Assembly: GCA_046596135.1 (NCBI GenBank)
Contig: JBKJMX010000001.1
Span: 1,912-65,911 of the forward strand
Length of the DNA stretch: 64,000 nt
Origin: Gemmatimonadales bacterium
GTDB lineage: Bacteria; Gemmatimonadota; Gemmatimonadetes; Gemmatimonadales; GWC2-71-9
Direction: 5' to 3'
The notes under the pieces were generated by a model that had not been told where the DNA came from, did not search any database, and saw nothing but the letters and a program-made list of their open reading frames with translations. Every line of letters begins with the position of its first letter. Position 1 is the stretch's first letter. The translations under genes were made by a program, and so were the position numbers. This document shows, piece by piece, positions 59,529 to 64,000 of this stretch.

Positions 59529-59986
59529 TACCGGAACGCGTCAAGCAGCAGGTCAACGACAATTCCTGCCGGATTGAGCACCACGACATCGTGCCCGACG
59601 CGAGCGTAACTGTACCCCCGTTCGAGGCGCGGCGCGATCGCGATAAGCCCCGGTGCGAGTTGTTTCTTAGCGATGCCGGGAGGCAACGGCTTGCCGCGCG
59701 CAATCCGCTTGCGAATGCCCGGTGGAAGCGCGGTCACCGCAACCGGATGGTCGCGGTGGTAGCGACGGATCGCAGTGCGGTCGGTGTCATGGAAAATCAC
59801 CACCGACGCCTGCGGTGCGCGAGGCGTTGCGTGGGGCGACACCACGACAACCGGGCGCGAAGGCGTCGCGGGCTGTGCCGGCTTACCCTTTTCCTTTTCC
59901 TTTTCCTTGCCGCGCGCCTGACCGATCAGGGGTGAGGCGAACACTGCCACCATCATCGCAAGTGCCACTACGGATTTCCGGGACAT
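59528..59986 (-). CDS. hypothetical exported protein, CigR/RcnB-like (LPPGxxKK repeats)
   Basis: Signal peptide MSRKSVVALAMMVAVFASPLIG, a KEKEKEKGK low-complexity stretch, and LPPGIRKRIARGKPLPPGIAKK. Confidence 0.5.
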   Translation of the reverse strand: MSRKSVVALAMMVAVFASPLIGQARGKEKEKEKGKPAQPATPSRPVVVVSPHATPRAPQASVVIFHDTDRTAIRRYHRDHPVAVTALPPGIRKRIARGKPLPPGIAKKQLAPGLIAIAPRLERGYSYARVGHDVVVLNPAGIVVDLLLDAFR

Positions 59987-60035
59987 GGCAAACCTCATTG
60001 TGTGGAACGAAACCTGTTCACGACGAAGCAATTCC

Positions 60036-60314
60036 CTAGCCAACGGTCACGTCCTCGTCATCACTGGAATCCTCGTCGGGGCCATTCGGGATCTCGACGT
60101 CCTCGTCCCGGTTGCTGCCACCCTTGAAGCCGTCCTCGATGTGGTCCGCACCATCGTTGGCGAACAGCGCCGTCAGGTCCTCGTCGGTCTTGCTTGCCCT
60201 GCCGGTGAGCTCCTCGGGCATGGGCGGTCCGCCTTCCAACTCGGGAGTGGAAGGTCTGCTGGTCAACTCTGCACGTCGGGGGGTGGGCGTGTCCCCCTCA
60301 TCTCGCTTGGTCAT
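60036..60314 (-). CDS. small acidic hypothetical protein
   Basis: Start MTKRDEGD. Asp/Glu-rich, with no recognisable domain. Confidence 0.4.
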   Translation of the reverse strand: MTKRDEGDTPTPRRAELTSRPSTPELEGGPPMPEELTGRASKTDEDLTALFANDGADHIEDGFKGGSNRDEDVEIPNGPDEDSSDDEDVTVG

Positions 60315-60451
60315 CGTGGGCCTTCCCGTGAAGTGAACCCCGCCGGCAGCGCCAGCAGGTAACAGGGGAGACGGTCCACCCCCGGTCGGCAACACCCCAG
60401 CGGCCGCGTGGCCAACATGGCCGTTCCCCGGCTATCCCTTACTTTGCGACG

Positions 60452-61138
60452 ATGTCCGACCCCCGTCCTGCCATCGTCCTCCTGTCGGGGGGGATGGATT
60501 CCGCCACCTGCCTGGCCATCGCCCGCGAGGCGGGGTTTGTCTGTCATGCGCTTTCATTCCGCTATGGCCAGCGGCATGCCTCAGAACTGGACGCCGCCGC
60601 GGCCATCGCTCGGGACCTGGGCGCCGCGACTCATCGCATCATCGACATCGATCTTGGCAGCGTCGGCGGCTCCGCCCTCACTGACATGATTGCCGTGCCG
60701 AAGCGTCGCGCCGAGGAGGCCATCGGCGACAACGTCCCGGTCACGTACGTGCCCGCGCGGAACACCATCTTCCTTTCGTACGCCCTCGCCTGGGCCGAGG
60801 TGCTTGGTGCCCGAGACATCTACATCGGTGTCAACGCGATCGACTACTCGGGATATCCCGATTGCCGTCCCGAATTCATCGCCGCGTTCCAGGCGACCGC
60901 GCGCCTGGGAACCCGGCTCGATGGGCTGACGATCCGCGCTCCGCTGCAGCACCTCGACAAGGCCGAGATCATCACTCGGGGGATGGGATTGGGCATCAAC
61001 TTCGCGATGACGCACTCATGCTACGACCCCGACGCCACGGGCGCGGCATGCGGACTCTGCGATGCATGCGTCCTGCGACTTCGCGGGTTTGCCCAACTGG
61101 GACTGGTCGATCCGGCGCTGTCGGCGAGCAGGCCATGA
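60452..61138 (+). CDS. queC: 7-cyano-7-deazaguanine synthase
   Basis: [13 protein letters not shown]-loop motif. C-terminal Zn-Cys cluster (HSCYDP...CGLCDAC). Confidence 0.92.
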   Translation: MSDPRPAIVLLSGGMDSATCLAIAREAGFVCHALSFRYGQRHASELDAAAAIARDLGAATHRIIDIDLGSVGGSALTDMIAVPKRRAEEAIGDNVPVTYVPARNTIFLSYALAWAEVLGARDIYIGVNAIDYSGYPDCRPEFIAAFQATARLGTRLDGLTIRAPLQHLDKAEIITRGMGLGINFAMTHSCYDPDATGAACGLCDACVLRLRGFAQLGLVDPALSASRP

Positions 61139-61776
61139 CCTACGCCGTCAAGGAAATCTTTTACACCCTGCAGGGCGAGGGCCGGCATGCTGGCCGCCCC
61201 GCCGTGTTCTGCCGGTTCGCGGGGTGCAACCTCTGGACCGGCCGGGAAGCCGACCGCCACCGGGCGACGTGCCAGTTCTGTGACACCGACTTTGTGGGCA
61301 CCGATGGGCCCGGCGGCGGTCGGTACGCCTCTGCCGCCGCGTTGGCCGAGGCGGTGGCCGACACGTGGCCGTCGGGCGATGACCCCCTCGCCCGACGCTA
61401 CGTCGTGTGCACGGGCGGTGAGCCCACGCTGCAGATGGACGTCTCCCTCATTGAGTCGCTGCATCAGCACGGCTTCGAGATCGCGATCGAGACCAACGGC
61501 ACGCTGACTGTGCCGCCCGGGATCGACTGGATCTGCGTGTCACCGAAGGCGGGCGCTCCGCTTGTCCAGCGTCACGGCGACGAACTGAAGCTCGTGTTCC
61601 CGCAGCCGGCCGCGATGCCGGAATGCTTCCACGATCTGGAATTCGCACACTACCTGCTGCAACCGATGGATGGCCCGGACCGCGACGCGAACACCCAGAC
61701 CGCACTGGCCTACTGCCTGGCGCATCCCCGGTGGCAGCTCTCGCTGCAGACCCACAAGTTTCTCGGGATTCCCTGA
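61135..61776 (+). CDS. queE: 7-carboxy-7-deazaguanine synthase (radical SAM)
   Basis: ATGA overlap with que[10 protein letters not shown] and CRFAGCNLW...CQFCDTDF cluster-binding region. Confidence 0.9.
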   Translation: MTYAVKEIFYTLQGEGRHAGRPAVFCRFAGCNLWTGREADRHRATCQFCDTDFVGTDGPGGGRYASAAALAEAVADTWPSGDDPLARRYVVCTGGEPTLQMDVSLIESLHQHGFEIAIETNGTLTVPPGIDWICVSPKAGAPLVQRHGDELKLVFPQPAAMPECFHDLEFAHYLLQPMDGPDRDANTQTALAYCLAHPRWQLSLQTHKFLGIP

Positions 61777-61786
61777 TGGACCTGGC

Positions 61787-62395
61787 ATGAACGGCTACAG
61801 TGATCGCGTCAACCACGCCCTCGCGTTTGCGGCGAAGCATCATAGCGTGCACGCCCCCATGCTTGGCCGATTGACGTTCATCGCCCGACCAGCCAATGTG
61901 GCGATCATCCTCGCGCGTCACGGTGCCGACGAGATCACGCTGGTCGCCGGCGTTGTGCACCACGCGCTGGAGGTCATCCCCGAGGGTGACCGTCATCCGG
62001 TCGAGCGGAAGATCAACGACAAGTTCGGTCCGGCGGTCCTGGCGGTGGCGCGCGATGCCGCAGAATGCTGCGTCGACCACGACGGTACGCCGGTCCCATG
62101 GGTGCATCGCAAGCGCGCAATGCTCGCGCGCCTGCGCGCGATGGACCCGCGCGCGCTCGACATCTGCTGCGCCGACGAGATTCACGAATGCGGCTCTGCC
62201 ATCGCGCTCGCCCAGCGACTCGGCCCCGAGTATCTGGACGCCCATGACCTCGGCTCAGGAACGCACGCCCTCGGCTGGTATCGTGACCTCATCGAGTCGC
62301 TCGTGCGCCGCGTGGACTGGCCATCCCGAGGTATGTGCCATGAACTGCGCTTCCTGCTGGATCGCCTGGCCCCGACGCTCGGTGACGGACGCTGA
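61787..62395 (+). CDS. HD-domain-like protein with degenerate HD (HH) motif
   Basis: ALAFAAKHH ... VAGVVHHALE resembles the RelA/SpoT-type HD_4 hydrolase fold. His-His replaces His-Asp. Starts 11 nt after queE. Confidence 0.5.
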   Translation: MNGYSDRVNHALAFAAKHHSVHAPMLGRLTFIARPANVAIILARHGADEITLVAGVVHHALEVIPEGDRHPVERKINDKFGPAVLAVARDAAECCVDHDGTPVPWVHRKRAMLARLRAMDPRALDICCADEIHECGSAIALAQRLGPEYLDAHDLGSGTHALGWYRDLIESLVRRVDWPSRGMCHELRFLLDRLAPTLGDGR

Positions 62396-62430
62396 TGCGC
62401 CCGGGGCTGACCGGCTGATATCTTTGGAGA

Positions 62431-64000
62431 ATGGCCATTCCTGAGGACGTGCTTGCACGCGTCGACGCCGCGCTCGGATCACGATTTCGCATCGATCGAA
62501 CCGTTGCCGAGTCCGCCGAGCGCATCCTCTTCCGGGCGCAGGACCTCGTCCTCCAGCGCGACGTGTCATTGCGCGTCAATCTCTTTTCCAGCGACGCCCT
62601 GCGACGGTGGTTCATCAAGGAGGCTGAGGCGCTCGCGCGTCTTGACCACCCAGCGATCCGTCACATTTATGAGGCGGGCGTCGCCGACGACATCGCCTAC
62701 CGGGTCGGCAACTGGATCGAGGGTGAAAGTCTCGCCGAGGCAGTCGACCGCGGGGCGCGGCCAGTCCCGACCGTGCACGTCCTCGCGCGCGACCTGCTCA
62801 GCGCGCTCGAACATGCGCACGCGCATGGAATCATCGTCCGTCGCATCGTCCCGGCGTCGCTGCTGCTTGGCCTGAGCGGCCGCGGCACCGTCACCGACCT
62901 CCGGTTCTGCAATCTCACGCTCCCCGAGATCCCGCCGGATGAGGTGCCAACGGGACTGCCGTTCCTCGCGCCCGAGGTACGTGACGGCTCCATTGGCAAT
63001 CCCACCAGCGACATCTACACCGCTGGCGCAATCCTGTACTACGCGGTCACCGGCGCAACGCCCCCACGGGATCCATCCGAGATCGTGCCGGCACGGCGGG
63101 TGCGCTCGGTGATCCCGGTCGCGCTGGAGCGGGTGATCCATCGTGCGCTGCACCCCGATCCCGACCGACGCTACCTCACGGCGTCGGAGATGCTGGAGGA
63201 TTTCGCGAGCGACGCCGGCGAGTTCGAGATGCCCGCCGTGGCGCTTCCGAGCCTGACGGGCGACCTCGCCGACGGTCCACATTGGGAAGCCCGGCTGCGG
63301 CGGGCGCTGGGTGACGACTACGAACTGCTCGATTCGCTCGGGCGTGGCGGCTTCGGACGGGTGTACCGCGTCCGCGACCTGCACCTCGAGCGCGAGGTGG
63401 CGCTGAAGGTCTTGCATCCGCACTTCACGCAGGACGCAGCGGTGGTCGAGCGCTTCCGTCGGGAGGCACAGCTCGCTGCGCGCCTGAACCACGCCAACAT
63501 CGTCGACATCTACGACATCGCCGGCCGCTCGGGCCTCCTCTGGTACACGATGGAGCTGGTGCACGGGCCGAACCTCGCCCAGTTCGTTGAGCGCGACGGC
63601 CCGATGCCCGTCGACCGCGTGCTCCGCCTGCTCCGCGAGGCGCTGTCCGCGCTGGGCCACGCGCATGCAATGGGCCTGGTCCACCGCGACATCAAGCCCG
63701 AGAACATGCTGGTGGAGCGTGGTGGCTCGATCCGGATCACCGACTTCGGCCTCGCACTGGCACTCCGCGGCCATGGACGCTTCGGAGGCGCCACGTCGCA
63801 GAGCGGCACGCCCCAATTCGCTTCGCCCGAACAGTTGCTCGGTGAACGCGTCGACCAGCGCACCGACCTCTACTCCCTCGCCGCGGTCGCGACGTACGCG
63901 CTCACCGGGCGCGCTCCGTTCCCTGGGACCTCGGTGGAACAGATCCTTGCGAAGCAGACCAACGACGTCCTGCCAGACATCGCGACCGAGCGTCCGGATG
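62431..64000 (+). CDS. tandem pseudokinase - Ser/Thr kinase protein (3' end outside window)
   Basis: Not in the supplied ORF track because it has no stop in the window. I translated it by hand from ATG 62431 and found no stop through 64000. The first approx. 260 aa is kinase-like but lacks the G-loop, VAIK Lys, HRD and DFG. The second domain has GRGGFGRVY, VALKVL, HRDIKPENML, TDFG and SPE. Confidence 0.85.
   Translation, partial: MAIPEDVLARVDAALGSRFRIDRTVAESAERILFRAQDLVLQRDVSLRVNLFSSDALRRWFIKEAEALARLDHPAIRHIYEAGVADDIAYRVGNWIEGESLAEAVDRGARPVPTVHVLARDLLSALEHAHAHGIIVRRIVPASLLLGLSGRGTVTDLRFCNLTLPEIPPDEVPTGLPFLAPEVRDGSIGNPTSDIYTAGAILYYAVTGATPPRDPSEIVPARRVRSVIPVALERVIHRALHPDPDRRYLTASEMLEDFASDAGEFEMPAVALPSLTGDLADGPHWEARLRRALGDDYELLDSLGRGGFGRVYRVRDLHLEREVALKVLHPHFTQDAAVVERFRREAQLAARLNHANIVDIYDIAGRSGLLWYTMELVHGPNLAQFVERDGPMPVDRVLRLLREALSALGHAHAMGLVHRDIKPENMLVERGGSIRITDFGLALALRGHGRFGGATSQSGTPQFASPEQLLGERVDQRTDLYSLAAVATYALTGRAPFPGTSVEQILAKQTNDVLPDIATERPD

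Noticed and set aside
59885-59915. CCTTTT hexamer repeat
   Set aside because: It lies inside the CigR-like coding sequence and simply encodes the KEKEKEKGK low-complexity tract. It is not an intergenic array.
60315-60451. preQ1 riboswitch upstream of queC (17298..17360 upstream of queF also checked)
   Set aside because: No compact stem-loop followed by an A-rich tail of the preQ1-I/II type could be recognised by eye. A covariance-model scan would be needed to exclude it formally.
62566-63816. 416-aa ORF on the minus strand
   Set aside because: It lies antisense to the well-supported pseudokinase-kinase frame. Its composition is Arg/Ala/Gly/Val-rich with no recognisable motifs, as expected for a GC-rich shadow ORF.

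Overview
GC-rich, gene-dense chromosomal segment with about 57 protein-coding genes. I found no rRNA, tRNA, CRISPR array, transposase or integrase. Many gene junctions overlap by 1-13 nt, which suggests translationally coupled operons. The gene content (Alternative Complex III, choice-of-anchor B, CBM9/DUF5916 proteins) suggests a Gemmatimonadota-like or related organism, but this cannot be verified here.

Main blocks:
1. 1-3797: an Spt-like alpha-oxoamine synthase, a GNAT acyltransferase, an epimerase-type SDR and a PAP2 protein. This looks like a sphingolipid-type lipid cluster.
2. 3878-6691: a lipoprotein blue-copper protein, a YkgJ-like Cys-rich protein and an ECF sigma/anti-sigma pair.
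3. 6794-14156: a complete actABCDEF Alternative Complex III operon.
4. 14356-17747: trmJ-like, HIBADH-like, dinB and queF genes.
5. 17807-21759: two tandem paralogous membrane Ser/Thr kinases, bracketed by (GGTTGAAR)n octamer arrays.
6. 21864-26262: a GT1 glycosyltransferase, an acyl-CoA dehydrogenase and two lipoproteins.
7. 26371-33588: a compact six-cistron his operon. It is preceded by a His-rich leader peptide and terminator (attenuator). It contains a HisC-HAD fusion and a HisA-HisI-HisE-HisD fusion.
8. 33592-49641: a DAACS transporter, a giant (2895 aa) cyclic beta-1,2-glucan synthase, and a CBM9/DUF5916 protein, a PQQ sugar dehydrogenase and a choice-of-anchor B protein.
9. 49672-62395: housekeeping genes (gltA, speA, M50 protease, msrA, rmuC, queC-queE).
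10. 62431 to the window end: a pseudokinase-kinase tandem protein that is missing from the ORF track.

Short 7-8 nt tandem arrays occupy several intergenic spacers. All functional calls come from motif recognition by eye; no database search was run.
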